Source of the DNA: Camelus dromedarius
Lineage: Eukaryota
Assembly: GCF_036321535.1 (NCBI RefSeq)
Contig: NC_087438.1
Location: 622,001 to 686,000, forward strand
DNA length: 64,000 bases
Direction of reading: 5' to 3'
Position numbers and translations under genes: made by a program. Shown here one piece after another: positions 26,420-37,240 of the stretch. Position 1 is the first letter of the stretch. Every line of letters begins with the position of its first letter. The notes beneath the pieces were generated by a model. It made no database searches, was not told the origin of the DNA, and worked only from the letters and a program-made list of their open reading frames with translations.

Positions 26420-27085
26420 CGCTCAGAAGTGGCCCTCTTTGGATACAGGGCCATTACAGATGCAAGGCCAGGTCTTGGGGACTCTGGTGCCCTGATCCAA
26501 CACAGTGGGTGGCTTTAAAAGGAGAGATGTGGAGTCACCAGAGAAACACGGGGCGGGAGGTCAAGTGTCCGCAGGGGCTGGGGGTGGAGGGATGCAGCCA
26601 CAAGCCAGAGATGCCTGGAGCCACACGGGGCAGGAGGAGGGGCAGGAAGAGGGGCAGGAGGAGGGGCAGGAGGAGGGGCTGGAGGCGGGGCAGGAGGAGG
26701 GGCAGGAGGAGGGGCTGGAGGCGGGGCTGGAGGAGGGGCAGGAGGAGGGGCAGGAGGAGGGGCTGGAGGAGGGTCAGGAAGAGGGGCAGGAGGAGGGGCT
26801 GGAGGAGGGTCAGGAAGAGGGGCAGGAGGAGGGGCTGGAGGCGGGGCTGGAGGAGGGGCAGGAAGAGGGGCTGGAAGAAGGTCAGGAGGCAGGGCTGGAG
26901 GCGGGGCAGGAAGAGGGGCAGGAGGAGGGGCTGGAGGAGGGGCTGGAGGCGGAGGCAGGAAGACCCTCCCCCGGGCCTCCGCTTGATTCAGGAGTTGTAG
27001 CTTCCAGACTGAGAGGATGCGTTTATATTGTTTCAAACTACCAGTTTGTGGTCATTTGTTACGGTAGTTTTAAGAACTTGATACA
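26420..27085 (+). mobile_element. MaLR LTR (MLT1 family) interrupted by a minisatellite
   Basis: gccacaagccagagatgcctggagccac ... ccagtttgtggtcatttgttacggtag ... gataca resembles the MLT1 consensus body and 3' end. Confidence 0.75.
26628..26951. repeat. 12-bp minisatellite, ~27 units, GG(G/T)C(A/T)GGA(G/A)G(A/C)(G/A)
   Basis: Directly visible tandem array; reads (GQEE/GLEE/GLEA)n in one frame. Confidence 0.97.
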
Positions 27086-29349
27086 CATAGTAAGAAGAGA
27101 TCATGGAATCACCTCCAGGGTCCCCCGCAGAGGGAAGGGGTGGCCTCCAGGCGCCTGCACCCCAAGCGTCACTGGCCTCAATCAGGGGCCGGGCCGGGGT
27201 CTCCAAAGTCGCCACAGAACAGGCGCGGGAGCGCCCAGAGGCCACGGTCTCGGGAAAAGTCTCCGCTTCGGCTCCAGTGGGCTGCGACCCGCAAGGTTGC
27301 ACAGGAAGGAAATAAAAGATTTCGGCTGAGATTACACTCGAAAACACCAGGGAGCCCGGCTTCCACGCGCGGCATTACTCTTCTGCCCCGAAAACCAGGA
27401 GATTCAAAAGGAAAAGAAGTCCGGCTGTCGGCGGTCGTCAGAGGCTGGGAAGCAGTGCTGCTCACTGTCACCGACTCCTGGCTGGGAGCCCAGGGGCAAG
27501 GTCAGCCCATGTGGGGGGGCGTCCGCGCCAGGGCAGCCCGGGCTCACATCTCCATGTCCCCTAGCAGAGAGAGTTAAAAACCCGAGGAGCTTTTGATGGC
27601 ACCTCCACAATTTCACTTCTGGGCGTGTTTCAGAAGGTGGGCTGAAAAGTCACCTAACACTGTGCTTGTGTGGTTCACAGGAGTCTCGTCTGGTGCCTTC
27701 TGCAGCCGCATCAAGGTGGCCGACTGGCAGCTCCAGAGCCTTCAGAACCTTCCAGAGACCACAGAACTTGACCAGGTGACCTGTGGGGCCCCCAGGGGAG
27801 GCTGGCTAGAAGGAGGTGCCCCCTCGGCAAGTGTCCTGGGTGGGCAGGCCAGTCTGAAGAGCCTCTGCGGGGTCAGGGGAAACTTGATGGGGGCCCTGAG
27901 CCCTGACACATGGGAGGACCCCCCCATATGGGCAGCAGAGTGGAAGGTCAGCCTGAAGTGAGGGAGGGAGGGGCTCAGCTCAAGTCTCCAAACCCCCAAG
28001 AGTGGACACCTGGTGGACCTTGAATCGGGTGGTGGGGGGAGGGGTGGGGGTTCCACCCACCCCTGTGTGCAGCCTCGGACACACCTGGACAGGTGCGAGG
28101 AGAGACCCCCAGGCTTCCAGGGCCTGGGGAGGAAGCAGGGGGAAGCAGAGGATAAGGACCACCAGGCGTGAGGGCAAGGGGACATGAGGGGATGCAGCCA
28201 TAGCTGGCAGAGAGGGGGGCAGAGCTCAGGCCAGTCTGAGGGGGGTGGTCCAGGGAGCCAGATGGTGGAGGCCAGAGGCCTGGCAAAAATGTGTCCAGGG
28301 AAGTGTTCTGGGGGCTGCAGTGGGCCCAGGGTGGTGGGGTGGGGATGGGGAAGAGACAACCCTGAGTTGAGCTGCAGGGTGAGCAGGATGGGAGAGGGTC
28401 TGGGAGTGAGGGCTGTGAGGCTGGGCTGGAAGCTTCTGGAACACCTCCACAATGCCTGGCCTCTGGGCAGGATCTGAGAGAAACCATGGGTGACCAGCAG
28501 GGTGCAGCATGGTGGATGGGGGCCCAGAGCAACCCAAGGACAGGAGGCCTCACAGGAGAACGGCTGCAGGCAGAGCCGCGCAGCAGGACTCAGACCTGAC
28601 TGGGAGGCGATGGCTTGCACAGTCCTCCTGCCCCCTGCTGGCCATCCTGTCACTCGCCCCATGGCCCCCTGGAGGCCAGACGCCTGGATGCTGGAGCCTG
28701 CAACGGAGGGCCTAGGAGGAGGCCAGTGTCGGCACCACACGTGGAAGATTCTGGAAACTCAACCCCTTGCTGGCCTCACAACATACAGAGCCCCACACAG
28801 CCACCCTCCTTGTTGGCAGTCACCGCGGACCCTGAGGACAGCAGAGGCAGATGGCCTGGGGGCTCCCGGCCTGCTCTGAGCTGGGGCCTTCCCTGACCTC
28901 TCTCACCTCGTGGCCCTCACCTGGACCAGGTATGGTGCCGGCTCCGCCCTGCTCCCCAGCTGGGCCACCTGGGCTCACAGGCAGGCAGCCCGGCAGCAGC
29001 CTCCCAAGTGACAGTGCTTTAGGGCCAACCAGTGGGCCGGGAGGTCACCTGTGCACAGTCCTGTTTTCTCCTCTTTCCTTTCCACGGAGACTCCAGCTGC
29101 TCCCTGGACCCGCCCTTGGGCCACACTTGCCAGTTGTCCCAGCGTCCAGCCTTCTCTAGGGCTCACAGGGCCTCAGGAGGCGGTCCCAGGAGGAGGCTGG
29201 ACCGTGCTCTGCTCCCAAGTGGCCCTGGACCACTGCCCCCCTGTCTCCTCCATCAGTTCAGGCCCCTTCTGCTACGCGAGGTCCCAGCCTCCTTCCCTCC
29301 AGGGGTCCTGAAGCCACTCTAGGATGACATCTGTGGTGCAGGCACCAGT

Positions 29350-29515
29350 AGGGGGGTGGCCAGGTAAGCACAGGGCGTTGGTTACATTTGAATTTCAGGT
29401 AAATACCGAGCTTTTGGGTATGCATGTCCCACAAATCGCCTGCCATGAGAATTACTTGTAGTTGTCTGAAACTTAGCTTTCCCAGCTCCTGGCGTCATCG
29501 GCGGGTCTGGCTGCA
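29350..29515. mobile_element. Degenerate MER53-like MITE (hAT DNA transposon)
   Basis: gttacatttgaatttcaggtaaata...gtatgcatgtccca...gttgtctgaaactt resembles the palindromic MER53 consensus. Confidence 0.55.
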
Positions 29516-30279
29516 ATACGTGGTGGTGGTGGGGGTGCAGGCAGACAAGCCTGCCCCGGCTTCAGGCCTCTGCGCCCACCTGCCTCTCCCAGGGGGTGGA
29601 AGGTTCTCACGTGCGCTCGTGGGACTCCACCCCACAGCCCCCTACCCAGGGACAATTCGACAAGAGGCGCCCAGCACTCAGGTGCACGTGGTCATCTCTT
29701 TTCTAGTCAGCAGGCCCTGCTGCAAGACCGGCAAGAGTGCCTGGCTTAGTGCCTCCAGGGCAGGTCCTGAGAGCGGTGCTGGCCTGCCACTGGGGGGCGC
29801 TCGCTGGCTGGCAGCCCCACGGCCGCATCACCGGGAAGCACCTGGAGACGGTCCTCAGCTTCAGCTTGGAGTTTCAAGCTTTCTTCTTTGGTGGAAGCTC
29901 AGAGAACTTAGCGACTGGGGGCTTGGCCCAGGAAGCACGGTGGATTCACACGGCCCAGCTGTCACTCTGTCATTACCTTCCTGAGTACTCCCAAGGTGAG
30001 CCGGGTTACAACCCTGGCCAACAGAGGCAGTGAGCACCTGGACAGGCTGGCTGGGGGTACACAAGTGCAGCGGAGAGAACGCTTGGGGGTGGCCCCAAAC
30101 CTGCCCAGCCCTCGGCACCGCGGGTGCTCTCAGGACAGACTCCAGCCACCAGAGAGCAAGTGTCCGGATGCCCTGGAAGCTCCGGGCTGGCGTTGCTCTG
30201 GGGGAACCAGTCCTTAGTCCCCACGCAGCTCCAGTTCCCAGATGCCAGGCCAGTGACACGGTTCCAAAGTGTTCAAAAC

Positions 30280-30965
30280 TTCAACACCTGTTAGGATGGC
30301 TATTATCAAGAAAGCAGACAATAACAGGCGAGGATGTGGAGAGATGGGAACCCGGTGCACTGTTGGAGAGAATGTAAGACGGTGCAGCCACCGTGGAAAA
30401 CAGTGTGAAGATCCCTCAAAAGATTAAACACAGAATCACCGCTCAGTCTAGCAATCCAGCGCCTGGTATTTACCCAGGAGAACGGCAGGCAGGGTCTTGG
30501 GGAGATAACCGCCCCCACGTTCACAGCAGCGTGTTCCCAGGAGCCGGGAGGCGGGAGCCACCCTGTGTCCATCAGCAGAGGGTGGGCGAACACAGCACGG
30601 TCCAATCATATGAGGAGATGTTATGCAACCTTAAAGCAGAAGGCAGTTCTGACTCCTGCAGTGACTGGGGGACCCTGAGGACGTGATGCTCAGTGAAAGA
30701 AGCCGGTCACAGCGGGACCCCACTTGCATGAGGGACCCAGGGAACCGGGGTCACAGAGACAGCAGGCAGGTGGTGGGGCCAGGAACGGGCCGGGGCCGGG
30801 GAGTTAGCGTTAATGGGTGCCCCTATCACTCTGGGGAGATGAGAATTTTCTGGAGGTGGTGGTGGCAGCTGCACACTGTGTGACTGTGCTTGACCCCACT
30901 GAGCTGTGCACAAAAATGGTTGAGAGTGAACTTTATGTTCTGTGTATTTCACCACAGAAAGAAAG
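30280..30965 (+). mobile_element. Old L1 (L1MB-like) ORF2 end plus 3' UTR
   Basis: acacctgttaggatggctattatcaag...ggcgaggatgtggaga...gtgcagccaccgtggaaaacagt...ctttatgttctgtgtatttcaccac. Confidence 0.85.
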
Positions 30966-31420
30966 CTCTAGCCAGTGGGGGGCTCCTGCAGGTCCCACCC
31001 CCCCCCAAGGTGCCCGAGGTCCAGCTGGCTCGGTGAGTGGTCACCAGGAGGCTCTTCTGGCCTCAGCACGCAGCATGGGGCCAGCGAGTCATCCCAGGCC
31101 CTCAGCCCGGCTCTAGCGCCTGCGGCTGTGGGACTGTCAGCCACCCCCACCCCGTGATGTCCACAGGGTCCCTGCCCTGAGGTGGGCTGTGCAGTGGGGT
31201 CAGCACCTCATTCCTTGCCCCCAGGACCCCTGATTCTCTCCTGAAACTTACTTTCCCTGCTCAGCCAGGCCTGGCTCCCCATCTCCTCACCCTGAGCCCA
31301 TCCTTGGGAGGGCCCCACGGCCTCCTTCTGATCAGGCCACTTCCCGCTCCAGTCCCTGCTGACGCCTTGGCCTGTCAGACCCAGGCCAGCTGCCCACCTG
31401 GGCCAACTCAGCCCCAACAC

Positions 31421-31770
31421 ACGTGCACACAGACACACACGCACACACACACAAACAGACACACACGCACACACACGTACACACACACGCACACACGTAA
31501 ACAGACACACATGTAGACATACGTGCACACACATGTAAACAGACACACGTGGCACACATGCACACAGACGCACATGCACACACGTAAACAGACACACACA
31601 CACAGACATATGTGCACACACATGTACACAAGACACACATGGACACAGAGACACATATGCCCACACAGAGAAGTACACAGGTGTGCACACACACAGATGC
31701 ACAGACACATGGACATACACAGATACCTGCACACACACACACCCACAGGCACACATGTACATGCACAGAT
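31421..31770. repeat. Degenerate (CA)n / RY-alternating low-complexity tract
   Basis: About 350 bp of cacacac/cacatg/cacgt units. Confidence 0.95.
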
Positions 31771-34109
31771 AGGCGACACCCCCTAACAGACACCCTCCTT
31801 CATCTGGGCGTCGCTCCTGCCCCCCCAGGAGTGCGCATCACCCTCCAGTCCCCTCTCCCCCGGCATCCTCTCTGCACCGCCATGGGACCCACTGCTGCCC
31901 AGCGCAGGGAGGTGAGTGGACCCTCTCGGGTGGCAGCTGGGTCAGACCAGGCGTCACAGCCAGACACCTGATGGGGTCGGGGCTGCTCCCCTGGGACAGC
32001 TGTGGGAGGACCCTGGGGTCAGTGGTGAGCTGGGGCAGCCCGGGAGGCAGGGCTGGACGAGGGGAAGGAAGAGGCAGCGGCAGAGCCACCGCGCCCGGGC
32101 CCAAGGGCTGCAGGGAGGACGAGGGCAAAGGGCACCTCCGTCTGCAGGGTGTTTCCACTGCGGGCACACCCAGGGAAAGGGGGACTTCCTCCCCACACCC
32201 GCGGGCCCCCATGGCCGCCAGGGCCCGGCTGCGTGACAGGGCACTGTGTTCCTGTGGCTGCGAGCGGCTTATGACTCAGCGTCCACGGGCTTCTCTGAGG
32301 AGCAGAATGGCACCCTCCAGCCGCAAGGAGGCCAGTGACCTGGGAGAGGGACAGTCAGGGCCCCGAGAGTGAAAGAGAAAGCAGGAGGCACGTGCCCGCC
32401 GCCGCCCGCTTCTCCATCCAGCGGAGCAATCACCCCGGGGCGTCCGCAGCGGCGGGGGCGCGGCTCTGGGGTACGTGCCTCTCTCGGACGGCGGCGGGAG
32501 CGCCCCACGGGGCCTGGCCTGCAACGTTCCCCTGGTCACTGCGGGGCTCTGTCCCCCCGGTCCCCCTGAAGCACACTCTCTCAACAGCGGGGTGTCCACC
32601 CCCACGGGTGGGCACACGGGTCCCCTCTGGGAACCTAAACACAAGCCAATAACCGAAACATTCGAGTCCAGTAAGACCCAGAGCCCACCCTCCTCGCAGC
32701 CCCACCGCGCTCCCGAGACACAGTGACAAGGATCCACGGCCCACGGCCTCTGCAGCCACCATCCCCAAAGCCAGACCACAGCCTCAGCAGCGATGCCTCC
32801 TGAAGCTCGGGACTTGCCCAGCGATGCCTCCTCCAGCTCAGGGCCACCCTCGCCGACCTCAGACGACGCCCACTCCTCACGGCCCCTCGGCCTCCCCAGG
32901 CCACGGCCCCATCGGGACACCTGCACCCCCTCTTGGCGGGGACCCCCTGCCACTCCTCTGCCCATCGGCCTCTCTGTCAAACGAGTGGCACGGCAGGGCG
33001 ACCCCCTCGTCCTGCTAGCTCGGGGGCACGGCCACCACCTACCCACCAGGCGGTCTTCACTCACGTCCACAGCCATGTCCTAAAGCTGGCACCGCTCCAG
33101 GGCCTTTGTCCTTGGTGGACACTGGGCAGCCTAGGGCACTGTTCCTGGAAGCAACCTTTGCAGCTGAGGCCCTTCCTGCTCACTCCGGAGCGTCACCCGT
33201 CAGGACCAAGTGGGAGGCAGCCGCCCAGTCCACCAGCTCCAGGACACAGCGATCCCTTCCCTGCATGGCCCCAAGCCCGGGGCAGGTTCACAGGTAGGAA
33301 CCCTGCAGACAGCATGCCCATGGGGCAGGTGCACACCCCAGAGGCTGGGGGACCCCTTTCTGCAGGCCAGTGTGCACAGGCTCGTCCATGGAAGGCAGCC
33401 TGCCAGGGGGAGACCCAGGCCCACGGGCCTGTGTGGCCCCAGGCTAGTCCTGTGGAGGAAGGCAGCCCCCGTGTCCGCCCGGGCAGTGTGGCCTGGCAGT
33501 CCCTGAGTTAGTCCTGACTGCCCCTCTGAGGGCCCCTGTGGAAGACCGTCTGGGCACCCTTGGCTCATTAACACCCCCAGGCCAGTGGACACAGGTGGAC
33601 GGGAATGGAGGTGGGCCACTGGTATTGCCTGCTGGTTCCCCGGTCCCTCCCAGCAGCCCCTCAGAGGTGTCCTTCCTAAATGGGGGATGGGGGACGGGGG
33701 ACAGGGCTCAGCCGCCGCCCAGAGTGCCCAGCATGGCCTCTGCTCAGGATGGTGGTGCCGCCTGGTCTCCATCTAGTCCAGGGGGACAAGAGCTCTCGGG
33801 TCTCCAGGCAACGGGAAGACAGCAGCCCGGCCCTGGGGAGGGCTCAGGTGGCCAGCGGGGGAGGGGCCGGGAGCCAGTGGAGGAGGCTTCAGGGGAGGGA
33901 GCGTCGGTCCTGACTGTGTCAGGAGCACCTGACACAGTCCCTGCACATCTGTGATGGCTCAGAGTGACCTCGGGTGGACCACTATGGGGAGGCTATTAGG
34001 GGAGCCAGCTGGGTGCTCAGGGCAGGGTCACCGAGGAGGCTGAGCCAAGACAGGCCTATCTGGCGGGGGCAGTGGGTGCCTGCGGCCCTCATCAGCTCAG
34101 GCGGAACAA

Positions 34110-34310
34110 ACCGTGTCCTCACGTGGTCATCCCTCTGTGCGCATCTGTGTCCTGGCCTCTCCTTACCAGGACGAGCTGGAAGGGCCCCCTTGTGACCTCG
34201 TTTCCCCTAACAGCCTGTTTAAAGTTCCAGCTCCACAGACAGTGACACGCGGAGCTCCTGGGGTTAGGACTCCTACAGAAGAATTTGGGGACGTGACTCA
34301 GTCCACAGTG
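34110..34310 (-). mobile_element. MaLR (MLT1) LTR fragment
   Basis: tgtcctcacgtgg...ctggggttaggactcc...gaatttgggg...actcagtccaca; antisense MLT1 5' end. Confidence 0.6.
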
Positions 34311-35137
34311 GTCACAGTGGTCACAGCCATCATGGTGTCTCAGGTGTCACTGAGCTAAGGGTGGGTCTGGTGGACCCCGCTCTCAGGGTCCCTGGAAGCC
34401 CCTCTGGAAGATGAGCCAGCGTGCAGTGTCCCAGAGCTTCCTGGGACACCTGGGCCATACCGGGCATCCTTCCCAAAAGAAGCCGGAGAAGCTCTGAGCT
34501 GTGCACCTCCCCCGATTCTCCCACCTCCCAGCCCCGCTCGTCCACCGAGGGCCCCGCCTGCCCTCGAGCTCAGGGCAGGGGCCTGGGCACCACAACCTGG
34601 TGTTGCACAGAGGCTGCCCGAACGGGCCCGCCAGCCACACAGACAGCAAGTCCAAGGGCAGCTGCACAGCAAGAAAGGACGGCTGCCAGGCTCCCCTCCC
34701 CTGCAGGGGCCTCGCCGCCGCCCCACCAGCTCGGTCTGCCCGGCCCAGGGGCATCCTCAGCAGAGGCCCCTTTGAGTGAAATCCACAAGTCACAAATTCC
34801 AACTTTAAACTGGTCCCCCCGCCCCGGACAGTTCTTGGCCTGAGCATCATCACTGCAGTTTGGAGGCAGGAATGCAAGCACGGAAACGTCGTGGCAGGTG
34901 GAGGGTGCATGGTGGGGACACACAGGATGGTGATTAAATGATGGGGCAGGTTACCTGTAGGCAACTGGAAAGTGACATCCGGGGAGCAGAGGCCACGGCT
35001 CTTCACCACCATGACGAGCGCCTGTCCCCCAGTGTCCACACTGGCAGGTCACCAGCTGGGGAGGGGCAAGGTGCACACAAAGCCACCCCCAGGAGAGGTT
35101 TCCATGGCAGCTGTTTCTAGCACTTTCTTCTCACTGT

Positions 35138-35515
35138 TGTGGTGGTAATTTTATGTGTCACCTTGGCTGGGCCATGGTGCCCAGATCTTGGGTCAAGGAT
35201 TTTTCTGGATGTTTCTGTGAGGTGTTTTTGGGTGAGGTTAACATTTAAATTGGTGGACGGAGTGAGCAGGCTACCTTCCCTGATGTAGGTGGGCTTCGTC
35301 CAATCAGTTGACGGCCTGGACAGAATGGAGGCTGACCTCCCTGAGCAGGGGACCTGTGGACTCAAATGTCAGCCCTTCCTGATCCTCCAGCCCACTGCCC
35401 TCCCTGCAGATTTTGGACTCTCCAAGCCAGGGTCTCATGGACCAGTTCCTTAGAGTAAATCTCTCTCTGTATCCACACATACTGCTGGGCTTCTTCTCTG
35501 GGCCCAACACTACAC
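35138..35515 (+). mobile_element. ERVL LTR (MLT2 family)
   Basis: tgtggtggtaattttatgtgtcaccttggctgggcc...tgtttctgtgaggtgtttttgggtgaggttaacatttaaatt...ccaatcagttga resembles the MLT2 5' consensus. Confidence 0.8.
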
Positions 35516-35829
35516 ATCCCACATCTTGTCTGTGAGCATCGCTGCTCCGTCCTGGCTCTGAGGGAACTTCCCAGAGCCCTTCAATGCAGGCTCAGCTCCC
35601 AGTGGGGATGATGTGGGGCCAGGTTGCTACAAGGCAGGGCTCTGGCTTCCCCACCTGGAGGACGGGGGCCTGAGTCTGCCCAGCTCTGGAGAACGTCCTG
35701 GAGGCCAGCTCCCCTCGTCCCCTTGCTCACTGGGTGGTCACAGGAGATGATGACGTGGTGTGGCCTAGCAACTGTGCCACGTGAGGACCCAGTGTGATGG
35801 TGGCTCTGCTGGGGCAGGAGAAACCTCAC

Positions 35830-36025
35830 TCATGCATGTGCATGCACGCATGTGCACGCCCAGAGACACACGTGCACAAACACACACACGTGCACACAGA
35901 CATGCGTACACACAGAGATATATGTGTGCACATGCACGCAGACGCGTGTTCGCACACATGCACACACACGTGTGCATAAACACATGCACACAGACACGTG
36001 TGCATACACACATGCACACAGACAC
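35830..36025. repeat. Degenerate (CA)n / RY-alternating tract
   Basis: Directly visible. Confidence 0.9.
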
Positions 36026-36294
36026 ATTCCCTGACCAGCTGGAAGGGTCACCCATGGAGTCATTTGAAACAGGAAGGTCCCTGGACAAACACACTCCTAC
36101 AAGAGGCCTGAACTCACACCCTGCAGAGAATAATTCAGATTAGCAAGGACCACTCCTGGGAACGCCTGCGTGGTGCGACTGGATTTAATCAATCTGGCCT
36201 CTCCCGGAAGACGAGACACAGGGCTCTGTCAGAGGAACAGGTGGGGAGGGGTGTTTCCTCTCAGCCTGGCCCTGCTCTCCTGCTTGCACTCTTT

Positions 36295-37240
36295 TGAGTA
36301 CTTCCCTATATCATGGTAACACACAGACAATATAAAACGGAGCATTTTCAGGCATTTGAAAGGGCCAGCTCAGTGCCGTCAAGCACAGCCACACAGCTGT
36401 GTCACCGCCACCTCTAGAGCCACCTCATCTTCCCAAACTGATGCTCTGTCCTTGTGAAACACTACCCCCCCAGCCCTGGCCCCCACCAGCCCTCTGTCTC
36501 TATGGATCTGGCCTCTCTGGGGACCTCACAGAAACGGGCTCAAACAGGATTTGTGCCTCTGTGACCGGCTTCTTTCACTGAGCAACACGGCCTCAAGGTC
36601 ATCCGTGTGCAGTGTGCCAGAACGTCCTTCCTTTTCAAGGCTGAATAATACTCCACCGCATGGATGGATCACGCTGTGTTTGTCCATCACCTGCTGACGG
36701 ACGCCTGTGTTGTCTCCACGTTCAGCTGCTGGGAGCGACACAGCTGTGCGCATGGGGTGCAGGTTCTGTCCATGTCCTCGCTGTCAGCTCCTCTGTGTGC
36801 ACACTCAGGAGTGGCATCTCTGAGCCTCATGGTAATTCCCTAACTTTCTGAGGGACTGCCGTGCCCTTTTCCACAGGCCCGTGCCATTTTGTGTTCCTGC
36901 CAACAGTGCACAGTGCTACTGTTCCTCCACTTCCTTGTCAGCACCTGTTACTTTGTACTTATTCACAGCAGCCATTCAGGTGGGTGAGAGGTGGTTTCTC
37001 TTTGTGGCACCGGCCTGCACTTCCCTAACGACCAGGGATGCTGCTCACCCTCCCATGTGCGTATCAGCCAGCCACGTGTCTTCTCTGGAGCCAGGTCCAT
37101 TCAATTCCTCCGGCCACATTTAAGTTGGTTTGCTGTTTGTTGCCGAGCTGTGGGGGCTCTGCCGTGTTTCGGGTACCAACCCCTCATCACATGTGCGAGC
37201 TGCAGACGTTTCCTCCCTTCTGCGTGTCGTCTTCGGTAGC
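36295..37240 (-). mobile_element. Old L1 (L1MB-like) 3' fragment
   Basis: tctgtctctatggatctg...ttccttttcaaggctgaataatactcc...ctgagcctcatggtaattc; antisense L1 3' end. Confidence 0.8.

Noticed and set aside
26505..27329. 274-aa ORF with (GQEE/GLEE)n, plus Arg-rich and Pro-rich ORFs in other frames
   Set aside because: Translation of a stop-free 12-bp minisatellite inside an LTR; no evidence of a gene.
31208..31793. Cys/Val- and His/Thr-rich ORFs
   Set aside because: Translations of the CA/TG low-complexity tract.
24290..37240. Oppositely oriented L1 3' fragments as a possible dsRNA-forming inverted repeat
   Set aside because: Independent, old, heavily diverged copies kilobases apart; no clear long perfect complementarity seen.
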